A DNA stretch of 64,000 bases from Bradymonadia bacterium (GCA_046290225.1 JBKAGE010000048.1:25304-89303); one strand, 5' to 3'. Numbered from the stretch's first letter, positions 50,576 through 60,765 are shown. Notes: generated by a model from the letters alone, not told the origin. A program made the numbers and translations.

Positions 50576-51459
50576 GCGCGGATCGCCTCCACCACCCGAT
50601 CGCGCTGCCCGTAATCTTTGTGCACCTTCACGGCGACGAAGCGATCGTCCGCTTCGCAGATGGCCTGAGCGCCCGGGCCTTGATCAGCGCCGATCTCGAA
50701 GAGCAGGCGGCCGCCGGTCACGAGGCGCTCTGCCGCCTGGCTCACCAGGGGGCGGATGAGGTCGAAGCCGTCGGGGCCGCCGTCGAGGGCCAGGTGGGGC
50801 TCGTGATCGCGTACGTCGAGCATCAGCTGCTCGATGTCGCCCCGCTCGATGTAGGGTGGGTTGCTCACGATCAGCTCCACGGGCTTGTCCGCGGGCACTG
50901 GGGCCAGCAGATCACCCTTGAGGCAGGCCACCCGCTCTGTCAGCTCGAGGGCCGCCACGTTCTCGTGGGCCACCGCCAGGGCGTCAGGGCTGATGTCGAG
51001 GGCGGCGATGCGGGCTGTGGGCAGCTCGCTCGCCAGGGCCAGGGCCACGCAGCCGCTGCCGGTACACACGTCGACGATGCGGGGGGCATCAACTGCGTTC
51101 AGCGGGGGCACCTTGAGCGCCTCGAGGGCCAGCTCTACGAGGCGCTCCGTCTCCGGACGGGGGATCAGCACCCGAGGATCGACCTTGAGATCGAGGGTCC
51201 AGAAACCCTTGTGCCCCGTGATGTAGGCCACGGGCTCACCGGTGGAACGACGCTTCACCCGGCTGCGGATGCCCTGCAGCTCTGCCTCTTCGAGGGGCTG
51301 GTCGAAGCGCAGCAGCACCTGGTTGCGATCGATGCCCAGGGCGTCGCCGATGAGAAAGAGAGCATCTTGCTTGGGGCTCGACAGGCCACGCTCGGCGAAG
51401 AAGCCCGAGGTCCACTGGTAGATGCGGCGCACCGTCCAGGGCGCATTGGGGTTGCTCAC
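50572..51459 (-). CDS. prmC: Release factor glutamine methyltransferase
   Basis: GEPVAYITG, LIPRPETE, DVCTGSGC, SNPPY and EP.LALDGG.DG motifs. Confidence 0.96.
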   Translation of the reverse strand: MSNPNAPWTVRRIYQWTSGFFAERGLSSPKQDALFLIGDALGIDRNQVLLRFDQPLEEAELQGIRSRVKRRSTGEPVAYITGHKGFWTLDLKVDPRVLIPRPETERLVELALEALKVPPLNAVDAPRIVDVCTGSGCVALALASELPTARIAALDISPDALAVAHENVAALELTERVACLKGDLLAPVPADKPVELIVSNPPYIERGDIEQLMLDVRDHEPHLALDGGPDGFDLIRPLVSQAAERLVTGGRLLFEIGADQGPGAQAICEADDRFVAVKVHKDYGQRDRVVEAIRA

Positions 51460-51466
51460 GGGAAGG

Positions 51467-52120
51467 TCACTCTTCTTCTTGGCGGCTCTGGAAGTACCGT
51501 CGGTTGAACTTGGCGATGGCGAACTGCTTTCGATACACCCGGGTGCAGTCGCTCGCGTCGATGCAGCGCTTGATGGCGTTGAGATCCATGCGCTCGAAGC
51601 GCGCGCGGTCGATGCCCAGGATCAGGTAGGGCTTGATCTGCTCTTTCGCTCGACGGCGACCTTTGAGCTGGCCCTTCTTCGGGTCGTCTCGGATCACCTC
51701 GTGGAACACCACCACCACCTGCTTGGCGTTGGGCAGCTCACTGAAGATGCCCCGCACCCCAGAAGCGTACTGGGTGCGGCCGAAGACGAACCAGTCCACC
51801 GCGCGGGTGATCAGCTCAGCCTCGCTCAGGCCCTGCACAGGCTGCCAGTACGACAGCTGCACGATGCCGCGCTGGAACTCCACCCGCTCGGAGGTGTGCC
51901 GCATCGGGGGCTCGATCATGTAGAAGCCCATCAGATCTTCGATGCGCAGCTTCACCGGCGCGATCGGATCGTTCCCGTAGACGTTGGCCTTTCGGGGCCG
52001 AGCGGTGTCGGTGCGTTGATTCGCAGCTCGGTTTTGGGGCCGCTTGGGCTGCCCGTGTGCTGCCCAGAGCGGCATCACCGTGAGGGCCGCGAGCAGCAGC
52101 GCGCGCGTTCGAAGGCTCAT
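51467..52120 (-). CDS. Hypothetical secreted basic protein
   Basis: Signal peptide, coupled between gpsA and prmC. Confidence 0.7.
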   Translation of the reverse strand: MSLRTRALLLAALTVMPLWAAHGQPKRPQNRAANQRTDTARPRKANVYGNDPIAPVKLRIEDLMGFYMIEPPMRHTSERVEFQRGIVQLSYWQPVQGLSEAELITRAVDWFVFGRTQYASGVRGIFSELPNAKQVVVVFHEVIRDDPKKGQLKGRRRAKEQIKPYLILGIDRARFERMDLNAIKRCIDASDCTRVYRKQFAIAKFNRRYFQSRQEEE

Positions 52121-53121
52121 CCGCCCTCCCGCTCGCGCTTCAGGCGGCGGCCCATGAGATCGGTGAGGGCCTGCGCCGCGGGCTTGCCCTCGTAGATCAT
52201 CTGGTACACCTGCTCGCTGATGGGCATCTCGACCCCCTCGCGACGAGACAGGTTGTAGACGCTCTTCGCGGTCTTCACGCCTTCGGCCACCTCGCTCATC
52301 GACTCCAAGATTTGCTCGATGGTCATGCCCTTGCCGAGCATGGTGCCCACCCGGCGGTTGCGCGACAGGCTGCCGGTGCAGGTGAGCACCAGATCGCCCA
52401 TGCCGGAGAGGCCGCTGAGGGTGAGGGGATTGGCGCCACGACTCACGGCGAGGCGGCTGATCTCTGCGAGGCCTCGGGTGAGGAGGGCCGCGGTGGTGTT
52501 GTAGCCCAGTCCCAAGCCGTCGGCGGCGCCAGCGGCGATGGCGATGACGTTCTTGAGGGCGCCGCCGAGCTCGACGCCGGTGACATCTTCAGTGGTGTAG
52601 CAGCGGAAGTACGGGGTGCTGAAGCGCTGCTGCACCTGCTCGGCCACGTCGTGGTAGCGCGCGGCGATGGTCACCGCCGTGGCCATCTGCTGCAGGGTCT
52701 CCGCGGCAAAGCTCGGCCCCGAGAGGAACGCCAGATCACCGCGGTTGGCCCGGGGCAGGGTCGAGGTGAGCACCTCTTCCATGGTCTCGAGGGAGTCGTT
52801 CTCGATGCCCTTGCTGGCGCAGACCACGAGCGTGCCCGCCTTGATGTGGGGGGCTAGCTTCGACGAGATCAGCCGGGTCACGTGGCTGGGCACCACCATG
52901 ACCACCATCTCGGCGCCATCGATGGAGCCCTCGATATCTGTGGTGGCGGTGATGCGCTCCGGCAGTGGGTGATCGCTCTGGTAGCGGGGGTTGCGGTGCT
53001 GGGTGTTGATCCCCTCGACCACGTCGGGCTCCCGGGCCCAGATGCACACGTCGTCTTTCTGCGCCAGGACCGAGGCCAGGGCCGTGCCCCAGCTGCCTCC
53101 ACCGATGACTGTGGCCTTCAC
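52117..53121 (-). CDS. gpsA: NAD(P)H-dependent glycerol-3-phosphate dehydrogenase
   Basis: GGGSWGTALA, SKGIE, SGPSFA, LKNVIAIA, GDLVLTC and SRNR motifs; GTG 53121 with AGGAGG RBS. Confidence 0.97.
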   Translation of the reverse strand: MKATVIGGGSWGTALASVLAQKDDVCIWAREPDVVEGINTQHRNPRYQSDHPLPERITATTDIEGSIDGAEMVVMVVPSHVTRLISSKLAPHIKAGTLVVCASKGIENDSLETMEEVLTSTLPRANRGDLAFLSGPSFAAETLQQMATAVTIAARYHDVAEQVQQRFSTPYFRCYTTEDVTGVELGGALKNVIAIAAGAADGLGLGYNTTAALLTRGLAEISRLAVSRGANPLTLSGLSGMGDLVLTCTGSLSRNRRVGTMLGKGMTIEQILESMSEVAEGVKTAKSVYNLSRREGVEMPISEQVYQMIYEGKPAAQALTDLMGRRLKREREGG

Positions 53122-53164
53122 TGCATACCTCCTCGTGGTGCGTGGGGCGATGATAGCCGGGGGA

Positions 53165-53725
53165 TCACGCCCCGGGGAACCCCACCTGGGCAAAATACAG
53201 CCCCAGCACCGCCAGGGTCTTCCCGTCGTGGATCGCCCCACGACGCATCATGTCGGCGATCTCCGCGAGGGTGAAGTGCACCACGGTGATCGACTCACCC
53301 ACATCGAGAGACTGCTCGCCGGCGGTGAGCCCCGTGGCCAGCCACGTGTGCATCTGCTCGGTGCACGTACCCGGGCTCGGGTAGAAAGTGCCCAGGCGCT
53401 CGATGCGGGCGGCGGTATAGCCCGTCTCCTCGGTGAGCTCCCTGCCTGCGGCGTCGTACGGATCTTCACCGATCTCCAGGGTGCCCGCGGGGACCTCCAG
53501 GAGATCACCGCCCACGGCGTAGCGGCGGTTCTTGATGAGCACCACGCGACCATCATCGGTGATGGGCAGCAGGACCACCGAGCCGGGGTGCAGCACCAGG
53601 TCGCGATCCACCGGGCCTTCTTCGGTGTCGATTTGCACCTTCTGGATCGTGATGCGGCGGCCGGTGAAGACCGTCTCGCCCTCTGGTGGCGAGGGGGGCG
53701 GAGGCAGAATCAGATCGTCACGCAC
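53165..53725 (-). CDS. Nudix hydrolase (ADP-ribose pyrophosphatase-like)
   Basis: Nudix box GTLEIGEDPYDAAGRELTEETG, SPG and DGKT. Confidence 0.92.
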   Translation of the reverse strand: MRDDLILPPPPSPPEGETVFTGRRITIQKVQIDTEEGPVDRDLVLHPGSVVLLPITDDGRVVLIKNRRYAVGGDLLEVPAGTLEIGEDPYDAAGRELTEETGYTAARIERLGTFYPSPGTCTEQMHTWLATGLTAGEQSLDVGESITVVHFTLAEIADMMRRGAIHDGKTLAVLGLYFAQVGFPGA

Positions 53726-53777
53726 AGGAACCTCGCAGGGTTGGGCGTCGGTGTTCGAGAGATCGGTACTTGAGTGA

Positions 53778-54485
53778 TCACTGCTCGAGCAGCCATCGGG
53801 CGCCAGCGACGCTGTGGATCTCTGCAGAGTCGAGCAGGGGTGGCAACCCCGCTGTGCCAGGGGGCAGCAGCAACCCCAGCTCGGTGCAGCCCAGAATCAC
53901 CGCTTCGGCGCCAGCCTCCGCGAGATCTGATACGACGCGGGTCAGGTGCGCTCGGGATGCCTCGGTGAAGTGGCCGAGGCACAGCTCCTCGTAAATGAGC
54001 CGGTTCACCTCTGCTTGATCCTCGGCATTGGGCGTGAGCACCTCGGCGCCATGGCGGGCGGCGATGCGATCCCGATAGAAGCGCTGCGACATCGTGAAGC
54101 GGGTGCCCAGCAGGCCCAAAGTACCAGCACCGATCTCTCGGGCGGCGTCAGCGACGGCGTCACCAATGTGCAGGAAGGGCACCCCGAGCTCGGCGAGAGG
54201 CTCCGCCACTTTGTGCATGGTGTTGGTGCAGAGCATCAACGCCCCTGCGCCGGCGTCGACCAGCCGGCGGCCGCCCTCGGCGAGGTAGGCCCCCGCTTCG
54301 TCCCACCGACCCGCAGACTGTCGCTCGGCGGTGGTGGCCATGTCGACGCTCCACAGCAGCAGGTGAGCCGAGGTCAGCCCGCCGCGGGCCGTGTTCACGA
54401 GGGTGTTGATGCGTTGATAGTAAGACTGCGTCGACTGCCAGCTCATCCCACCGATGAGGCCGAGCGGCTGGCCTTCAGAACTCAT
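53778..54485 (-). CDS. Aspartate/glutamate racemase family
   Basis: GLIGGMSWQST, LCTNTMH, LGTRFTM and ILGCTE motifs. Confidence 0.93.
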   Translation of the reverse strand: MSSEGQPLGLIGGMSWQSTQSYYQRINTLVNTARGGLTSAHLLLWSVDMATTAERQSAGRWDEAGAYLAEGGRRLVDAGAGALMLCTNTMHKVAEPLAELGVPFLHIGDAVADAAREIGAGTLGLLGTRFTMSQRFYRDRIAARHGAEVLTPNAEDQAEVNRLIYEELCLGHFTEASRAHLTRVVSDLAEAGAEAVILGCTELGLLLPPGTAGLPPLLDSAEIHSVAGARWLLEQ

Positions 54486-55113
54486 CCGCAGCACCCTCGA
54501 GGCCGGTCTGGTTCTTCAGCGCCTTGATGGCCCCGAAGCCTTGGAACATCGAGATCAAGAAGAAGACCCGCATGGCCACGCCGCCAATACCGCGCTGGGT
54601 CATGGCGTAGGCCCAGATCATCAGGGCGGTGTCGAGGAGCACCAACGCACAGGCCACGGCGAGGGCCGCCTGGGAACGCTTCTGAGTGCCATACCCGAGG
54701 CCCAGGAAGATCACCCCGGCGCCGGCGCTGATCCAGCCGAGGCCCAGGTCGAGCAGGAGCCCCACTTTGCCCAGCTCCGCCACGAGGCCGAGAATGATGG
54801 CGATGGCCCCGAGGAAGTAGATGATCCCGGCTGCGAGCTTGAGCTTGGTCTCGGGATCTCCCCCGGAGCCCGGCAAGGCCCGACCGCTCACCGAGACCTG
54901 AAGCTCGGTTTGCATGCCGGTCTTGAGCCTGATCTCGAGGGGGCGGCCGTCGGGAAGCGTGAAGGCGCGGCCTTCTTTGAGGGCCTTCTGGTTCTCGATG
55001 ACCCCCAATGTGTCACCGTTGTACCTCACCTGGATATTCTTCCAGATGCCCTTCCATTCGAGCTCTACAGAGTCGGAGCCACCTTTACGGAGCACGAACA
55101 CTCTCTTGGGCAT
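54475..55113 (-). CDS. Hypothetical membrane protein
   Basis: Soluble N-terminal domain plus four TM helices; overlaps the racemase start. Confidence 0.7.
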   Translation of the reverse strand: MPKRVFVLRKGGSDSVELEWKGIWKNIQVRYNGDTLGVIENQKALKEGRAFTLPDGRPLEIRLKTGMQTELQVSVSGRALPGSGGDPETKLKLAAGIIYFLGAIAIILGLVAELGKVGLLLDLGLGWISAGAGVIFLGLGYGTQKRSQAALAVACALVLLDTALMIWAYAMTQRGIGGVAMRVFFLISMFQGFGAIKALKNQTGLEGAADEF

Positions 55114-55231
55114 GGCGATACGCTTTCATGGCGCGTTATAAGAGGTCCTCACAACCATGGCTCGGTCCGCCGTTGTGTGAGGACCTCTAAGAGCTTGCTC
55201 AATATCATGAATCCCACTGGGAGCATATGAG

Positions 55232-55804
55232 ATGGCTATGACCGGCAAGATGATCAGTGGGGTGTTGTTCACCCTGACCCTGGTGGGCTGCGGTGGGATG
55301 GATTCGCTCCGCGATCTCACCAAAGACACCCTGGGCCTCGAAGAAGAGAAGGAGCCGGTGGCCTACGGCACCGACGTGACGCCGGAGCAGAAGGCCCAGA
55401 TGGAGGCCGCCGAGGCTGAGAAGCGTCGCGAGGAAGAGGCGGCGGCCTCTGCGAGCGCCAGTGGTGGCATGCAGATGAACGCGGGTATGGCAGGCATGGT
55501 GAAGATGCCCGAGATGCCGCAAATGCCCCAGATGCGCCAGCACAAGACCGGGCGTCAGGTGGGCTCGACGCAGTCGAACCAGAGCAGCTCGAGCAGCGCC
55601 CACTGTTGCGTGAACAAGCGCTACTACACGTGCAAGTCCGCCGCTGATGCGGCTCAATGCCTCGGCGAGCCCATGAACCTCATGAACTGCCTGGGCAAGT
55701 GCACCGGTGGCCCGAGCTGTGAAGAGACCTGCATGCGCAAGCACGGCCCCGACACCCGGGCGTGTGATCGAGACAGCAGCCGCGATGGCGAGTGTCGCCG
55801 CTGA
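55232..55804 (+). CDS. Cys-rich lipoprotein with a Met-rich linker
   Basis: Lipobox LVGC; MQMNAGMAGMVKMPEMPQMPQM; 10 Cys in the C-terminal domain. Confidence 0.75.
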   Translation: MAMTGKMISGVLFTLTLVGCGGMDSLRDLTKDTLGLEEEKEPVAYGTDVTPEQKAQMEAAEAEKRREEEAAASASASGGMQMNAGMAGMVKMPEMPQMPQMRQHKTGRQVGSTQSNQSSSSSAHCCVNKRYYTCKSAADAAQCLGEPMNLMNCLGKCTGGPSCEETCMRKHGPDTRACDRDSSRDGECRR

Positions 55805-55828
55805 GCGAACTCCAACGAGAGGGAAATC

Positions 55829-56191
55829 ATGATGCGTAATTTGATGATGATGGCCATCTGTGTCGTTCTGGCGGGGTGTGGCAGCAAGAGCGAAGGCGAG
55901 AAGGCCGAAGGGGAGAAGGCCGAAAAGCAAGGCCCGCAGACCTTTGCCCAGGCCATGACCGTGGTCTGTGACGCCCCTGATGATCTCGCCGACGAGCTCG
56001 ACAGCACCGCGCCGGAAGACAAGCAGATGAAGTTGGCGAATCACATCAAGAGCAACGTGACCAATGTCGAGGTGGCCACACTCTTCAAGATGATGGCCAC
56101 CACCAGCCCCGCCCAGCGCAAGGGTATGATGGAGGCCGCGGCGAAGAAGGCCGGCATTGAAGAGTGCAGCATGCTCAGTGTTTTGGATTAG
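55829..56191 (+). CDS. Small lipoprotein
   Basis: Lipobox LAGC, GAGGG RBS. Confidence 0.75.
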   Translation: MMRNLMMMAICVVLAGCGSKSEGEKAEGEKAEKQGPQTFAQAMTVVCDAPDDLADELDSTAPEDKQMKLANHIKSNVTNVEVATLFKMMATTSPAQRKGMMEAAAKKAGIEECSMLSVLD

Positions 56192-56198
56192 AGCCGCT

Positions 56199-56645
56199 CT
56201 ACGGTAGGAGCATCTCGGCTTCTACGTGGGCCATGCCCTCGCGATGATGCACGTACCAGGCCTCGATGGCCTCAGCCATCCGGGCATCGTCGGTGGTGAG
56301 GGTGAGGGTTACCCCCACAGGCCCTTCGGCGACGTCGAGGGTGAAGGGCCCTACGTCCATCGGGCACCGGAGCGTGGGCGCCCGAGGGTTGTCGCTCGGG
56401 GTCTCGTGGCAGTGGAACAAGGTGCCCACCGCTTCTCGACGTTCTACGCCTCGATCGAACTGCACAATGAAGGTGTTCTCCGAAGCCTTCAGATCTCTGA
56501 TCTCGTGCCACGGCATGAGATCACACCGACCATCAGCACATTGCAGGCCCTCCGCGGGGAGCGGGGCGGGTGTTGGCGCGCCGGCGCAGCTGAAGAGATA
56601 GGCCATGGCGCCAACGAGGTAGAGATAGAAATAGATGGTCTTCAT
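56199..56645 (-). CDS. Hypothetical lipoprotein
   Basis: AGGAGG RBS before ATG 56645; LFSC lipobox-like. Confidence 0.65.
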   Translation of the reverse strand: MKTIYFYLYLVGAMAYLFSCAGAPTPAPLPAEGLQCADGRCDLMPWHEIRDLKASENTFIVQFDRGVERREAVGTLFHCHETPSDNPRAPTLRCPMDVGPFTLDVAEGPVGVTLTLTTDDARMAEAIEAWYVHHREGMAHVEAEMLLP

Positions 56646-56859
56646 GGCGACCTCCTGAGCCCACACATCGAGGACACCTGTTCGAGGAGCATGGAGTGTG
56701 CCGGGCCAGAAACCGCCAGCCACCGTCAGTCGTGTTACCGTCTGGTGATGTGTGCAGTTGTGGAGGGGGGAGATGCGACACATCACATCGTGAAGCATCG
56801 AAGGAAGGGCGCTGCATAGAGAGGCGTATCGAGCTCAAAGGGCGATGGCACCTCGAGGT

Positions 56860-57915
56860 TCACCTCACTGAGTGAAGGCCCGCTCTGGCCTGACCTGCCT
56901 GTACGCCGTTGAGGAACGTCACTGTGTTTCGCCCCAGATGCGGGGTGTAGTACCCACCCTCCTGCACGACCACCGTGGGCAAACCCAAGGCCCCGAGTCG
57001 CTCGCCCATCTCGGCGTAGTCCTCGGTCTTGAGCGTGAAGTGGCCTACAGGATCTTTGTGATAGGTGTCGAAGCCCGCAGCGATGATCAGCGCATCAGGG
57101 GCGAAGTGCTGCACTTGGGGGATCACGTGCTGGTCGAGCAGGGCCATATAGGCTTGAGCGTCGGCGCCTTCTTCGAGGACCAGGTTCTGGTTGAAGCCTG
57201 CGCCGGGGCCCTTGCCCGTCTCGTCGGGGTAGCCCGCGAAGAAGGGGAAGTAACTGCGTGGGTCTCCGTGGATCGACACCGTGAGCACCTGTGGATCTTG
57301 ATAGAACAGGCTCTGAGTGCCGTTGCCATGGTGAAAGTCTACGTCCACGACCGCAACACGTCCGCTGTGTTTGAAGCTCCGCGCGGCGAGGCCGGCGTTG
57401 TTGAAATAGCAGTAGCCTCCAAAGAGCCCCTGAGTGGCGTGATGCCCTGGCGGCCGTGACAGCGCATAACTGAGCCGGCAGTGCCCCTTACGCACCACAT
57501 CGGCGGCGTTGCGAGCGCTCGCGGCGCTCCAGAGGGCAGCTTCGAAGGTCTGAGCGGCGAGGGGCGTGCCCGAGTCGAAGCAGAAAGCGCCTGCATGATG
57601 CAGGTTGGTGGGATCTGCCCGACCCTGCTTCTCCCGGGGAAAGACCATGGGAGAGAAGGTGACATCATCGTCGAGGGTCTTCGCGGTGTTGTAGAGCGTA
57701 ATCAGGGTGTTGTCGTGCTGCTCCATGAGGGTGGACATCGACAAGGGTCGGGGCTCTCTGATCTCGAACCGCGCGGGATCGCGTTGGAGGGCGGCGAGGA
57801 TGCTCTCTGCCCGGGCGGTGGTCTCGGGGTGGGTGATTTTCTCACCAAAGGCCCACTCATAGCGGGGTTTGAACTCGAGTTGGGCCTCGTTGAAGAACAC
57901 GGGAATGGGCTGCAT
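56860..57915 (-). CDS. Histone deacetylase family / acetylpolyamine amidohydrolase-like
   Basis: HPE...RA, RPPGHHA, GGYCYFNN, DVDFHHGNGTQ and QEGGY motifs. Confidence 0.93.
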   Translation of the reverse strand: MQPIPVFFNEAQLEFKPRYEWAFGEKITHPETTARAESILAALQRDPARFEIREPRPLSMSTLMEQHDNTLITLYNTAKTLDDDVTFSPMVFPREKQGRADPTNLHHAGAFCFDSGTPLAAQTFEAALWSAASARNAADVVRKGHCRLSYALSRPPGHHATQGLFGGYCYFNNAGLAARSFKHSGRVAVVDVDFHHGNGTQSLFYQDPQVLTVSIHGDPRSYFPFFAGYPDETGKGPGAGFNQNLVLEEGADAQAYMALLDQHVIPQVQHFAPDALIIAAGFDTYHKDPVGHFTLKTEDYAEMGERLGALGLPTVVVQEGGYYTPHLGRNTVTFLNGVQAGQARAGLHSVR

Positions 57916-58072
57916 GGGGCTCCGAGCGGCGGGTTGTGGCCGCTGCTCTGAGATACCACAGAGTCACGAAGGTGGAGGCGTTGATACGATTTCTTTGACC
58001 TCGAATGATTTGAGGTCAAATTGTTTGCCCGCTATACATCCCCGCATGTTTGACCACCCGTGGAACCGCATC

Positions 58073-58924
58073 ATGAACATCACCCCTGCCCACACCCTCA
58101 ACCTCGATCTGCCAGGAGAAGAGCCTGTCGAAGTGCTCAACGATGGCTACTCGGATCGGGTACGTTGTGATCACCCTCAAGTCGATGATGGTGAAGAGCT
58201 GGGCCACGCCCTCATCGAGACCGCGGTCAACCTGAACCGAGGTCGCGTGATGGTGATGGCGTCCACCGAGTTACAAAGAGGGTTGCAGCACGCTGGGCTC
58301 GCCACTGAAGGGGTGATCCCGGGGTTCTATCGAGGGCAGGCCGACTGCGCGGTGATGGGCTGGTGGCAAGATGCAGATCGTCGATCACTCGCTGACGCCG
58401 ACGGGGTTCAGCAGGTGATGGATCTGATGGCGGAGCGTGCCAATGCACCGACCGCCGAGCGTCTCTCGGTTGAGACGGCCCGGGCGACGGTGGAAGATGC
58501 TGAGTCCATTGCGGAGCTGCTCGGCGAGACTTTCTCGCAATACCCGACCCCCAGCGATGATCCGGCGTATGTGGCCCAAGCCATTGAGGCAGGCCACCCC
58601 TTCCGATGCGTACGTGACGAGGGCGCTCTCGTGGCGTGCGCCAGCGCTGATCTGGTCTTCGACGCCCACACGGCGGAGCTCACCGACTGCGCCACGCGCC
58701 CGACCCACCGTGGCCAAGGGCTCATGCGGGCGCTCCTCGATGATCTGATGGACGACCTCAGGGATCTCGATTACCCCACAGCCTTCACCCTGGCCCGTGC
58801 TCGGATTCCCGGCGTCAATCTCGTGTTTCAGCGACTGGGCTTCGAGCTGCGCGGCACCATGACCCGCTCATGTCGCATCGGCAACGGCTTGGAAGACATG
58901 AACATTCTCAGTCGGACGCTCTAG
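58073..58924 (+). CDS. Putative beta-lysine N-acetyltransferase (AblB/YodP-like)
   Basis: EG.IPGFYRG, F..YPTP..DP.Y, AELTDCAT.P.HRGQGLM, TLARA and EDMNI motifs. Confidence 0.82.
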   Translation: MNITPAHTLNLDLPGEEPVEVLNDGYSDRVRCDHPQVDDGEELGHALIETAVNLNRGRVMVMASTELQRGLQHAGLATEGVIPGFYRGQADCAVMGWWQDADRRSLADADGVQQVMDLMAERANAPTAERLSVETARATVEDAESIAELLGETFSQYPTPSDDPAYVAQAIEAGHPFRCVRDEGALVACASADLVFDAHTAELTDCATRPTHRGQGLMRALLDDLMDDLRDLDYPTAFTLARARIPGVNLVFQRLGFELRGTMTRSCRIGNGLEDMNILSRTL

Positions 58925-58945
58925 AACGCTATACTCCCGCCCGCC

Positions 58946-59893
58946 ATGGGCTCAGTACTGACCTACATCGCAATCCTGTTCCTCGCGGTCCTCTTCGGAT
59001 GGGCGGCGCACGGCGGCCATATGTGCACAGTGCGCTCCATGGGCCTGCTGATTCAGCACCGAAACCCCCGAGTGCTCGTCGCCTTGATGCACGTGGTCCT
59101 CTGGTCCGCGGCGGCTCTGATGGCCCTCTGGTGCACTGATGTGATCCCCAACCCCACAGTGGCGCTCGATCATGGTCACGTGACCTGGATGGCCCTCGCC
59201 GGCGGCCTCGTCTTCGGCGTGGGGGCGGCGTGGAACAAGGCCTGCGCGATCTCCCTCATGGCCCGCCTGGGCTCGGGAGAGCTGGTGATGTTGGGCACGC
59301 TGGCGGGTTTCGGCACAGGGGTGGTGGCTGGCGGCTGGCTGGAGATGGGGTGGATGGGCCCTGACGGCATGTCTCCTGATCCGCTGGTGCAGGGCTGGCT
59401 GCTGCCGATTCTGCTGTGGCACTGGTGCGCGTGGGCGTTGTTTCGCCTTTGGCGAGATGGGCAGATTTGGCGACCAACACCCCGAGAGCCGGAGTCCGCG
59501 GCGATGTGGATGGGGCTGTCGAATGCTGCCCTCATCTGGGTGGTGGGCGGCCCCTGGATCTCGCTCATGCTGGTGGGGTGGGCTGCCCGCTGGGCCTTCG
59601 GCTTCGAGACGATGCACCCACCGCTGACGCTGGCGCTCTCCTTTGTGGGTGTGCTCGTCGGTGCGTCGTGGTCAGCATGGCGCAGAGGGCAGTTCACGCT
59701 GCGTCTGGGCGGCCCCTGGCTCCGCTCGATGATCGCAGGTCTGGTGATGGGCTTCGGCGCCGGGATGATCCCTGGCGGGAACGATGCGCTGATGTTGCAC
59801 GGCTTGCCCATGTTGATGCCGCAGGTGGCGCTGGCCTTCGTGATGATCCTGGTGGGGGTCGGGCTGGGGCTGATGATGACCAGAGGTAGATGA
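58946..59893 (+). CDS. YeeE/YedE (sulfur-compound transporter) family membrane protein
   Basis: MCTV, GGLVFGVGA..N.AC and MGFGAGMIPGGND motifs; multi-TM. Confidence 0.82.
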   Translation: MGSVLTYIAILFLAVLFGWAAHGGHMCTVRSMGLLIQHRNPRVLVALMHVVLWSAAALMALWCTDVIPNPTVALDHGHVTWMALAGGLVFGVGAAWNKACAISLMARLGSGELVMLGTLAGFGTGVVAGGWLEMGWMGPDGMSPDPLVQGWLLPILLWHWCAWALFRLWRDGQIWRPTPREPESAAMWMGLSNAALIWVVGGPWISLMLVGWAARWAFGFETMHPPLTLALSFVGVLVGASWSAWRRGQFTLRLGGPWLRSMIAGLVMGFGAGMIPGGNDALMLHGLPMLMPQVALAFVMILVGVGLGLMMTRGR

Positions 59894-59925
59894 TGTTGCC
59901 TGTTCTGCTGCTGTGCAGCGGAACC

Positions 59926-60765
59926 TCATGGCAGGGCGTCGAGGCGTTTGTGGTCTTTCATATAGGCCAGGTAAGCCACCACCTGCTTGATCTTTGCCTC
60001 ACCCAGGTGTCCGAACCCGGGCATCTTGTCCCGGGCACGCCAGGCTGAGGGGTTGGCGATGAACTGCGCCAGCCAGGCTGGGTCACGATACTCGGTGATG
60101 TTCTTCGGGATGTTCAGCTCTGGCCCCACCACACCCCCCTGCAGATTCACGCCATGACATGAGAGGCAGTATGTACGGAAGGTGGCATAGCCCTGCGCCA
60201 CGTCACCGCCTTCCGGCGCCCCAACGGGCACCATGGCGTCGTACTGTGTCGAAGCGTCGAAGGGCGATACTGAGACCACCTCGTAGGGCCAGCTGAACTT
60301 GGTGTGGTCCGGCAACTCCTCGGCAGACTTCGGCGTGGTGGCGATCACCATGAAGGGGCTGGGATCATGGGGCCCACGATCGAGGGGCAGAGGCGAGAAG
60401 TGACCCTGCTTCGGGAGAGGGTGCTCGGCGATGGCCAGCGCCAGCCCCAGAGGCGCAACGTCTGCTCGGGCCACCACTGGCCGGTATCCGTCGACACATC
60501 GAAACCTGATTTGTGGTTGAGTCCAACCCAGGTGGTCGAGGACCGGGGCCAGTGGGATCGACTCGAAGGTCATGTCTTTGCCATAGAGCGGATGAAGCAC
60601 GGTCACGCGTCGAGTCGGGAACGTCTGCTTCAGCCACGTCACCGTGACGGTACGCTCCAGATTGCCCTGCTCGAAGGTGAAGGTGCGCTCGTCCGCTGTG
60701 TCGGCGAGAGCCGAGGGCGCCCACAGCGTACACAGCAAGATCGCCATCAGGCAGCGAGCCACCAT
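59926..60765 (-). CDS. Secreted c-type cytochrome with N-terminal molybdopterin-oxidoreductase-like domain
   Basis: Signal peptide, F.C.DGY, WPY, single CLSCH heme motif, GPEL and distal MP. Confidence 0.85.
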   Translation of the reverse strand: MVARCLMAILLCTLWAPSALADTADERTFTFEQGNLERTVTVTWLKQTFPTRRVTVLHPLYGKDMTFESIPLAPVLDHLGWTQPQIRFRCVDGYRPVVARADVAPLGLALAIAEHPLPKQGHFSPLPLDRGPHDPSPFMVIATTPKSAEELPDHTKFSWPYEVVSVSPFDASTQYDAMVPVGAPEGGDVAQGYATFRTYCLSCHGVNLQGGVVGPELNIPKNITEYRDPAWLAQFIANPSAWRARDKMPGFGHLGEAKIKQVVAYLAYMKDHKRLDALP

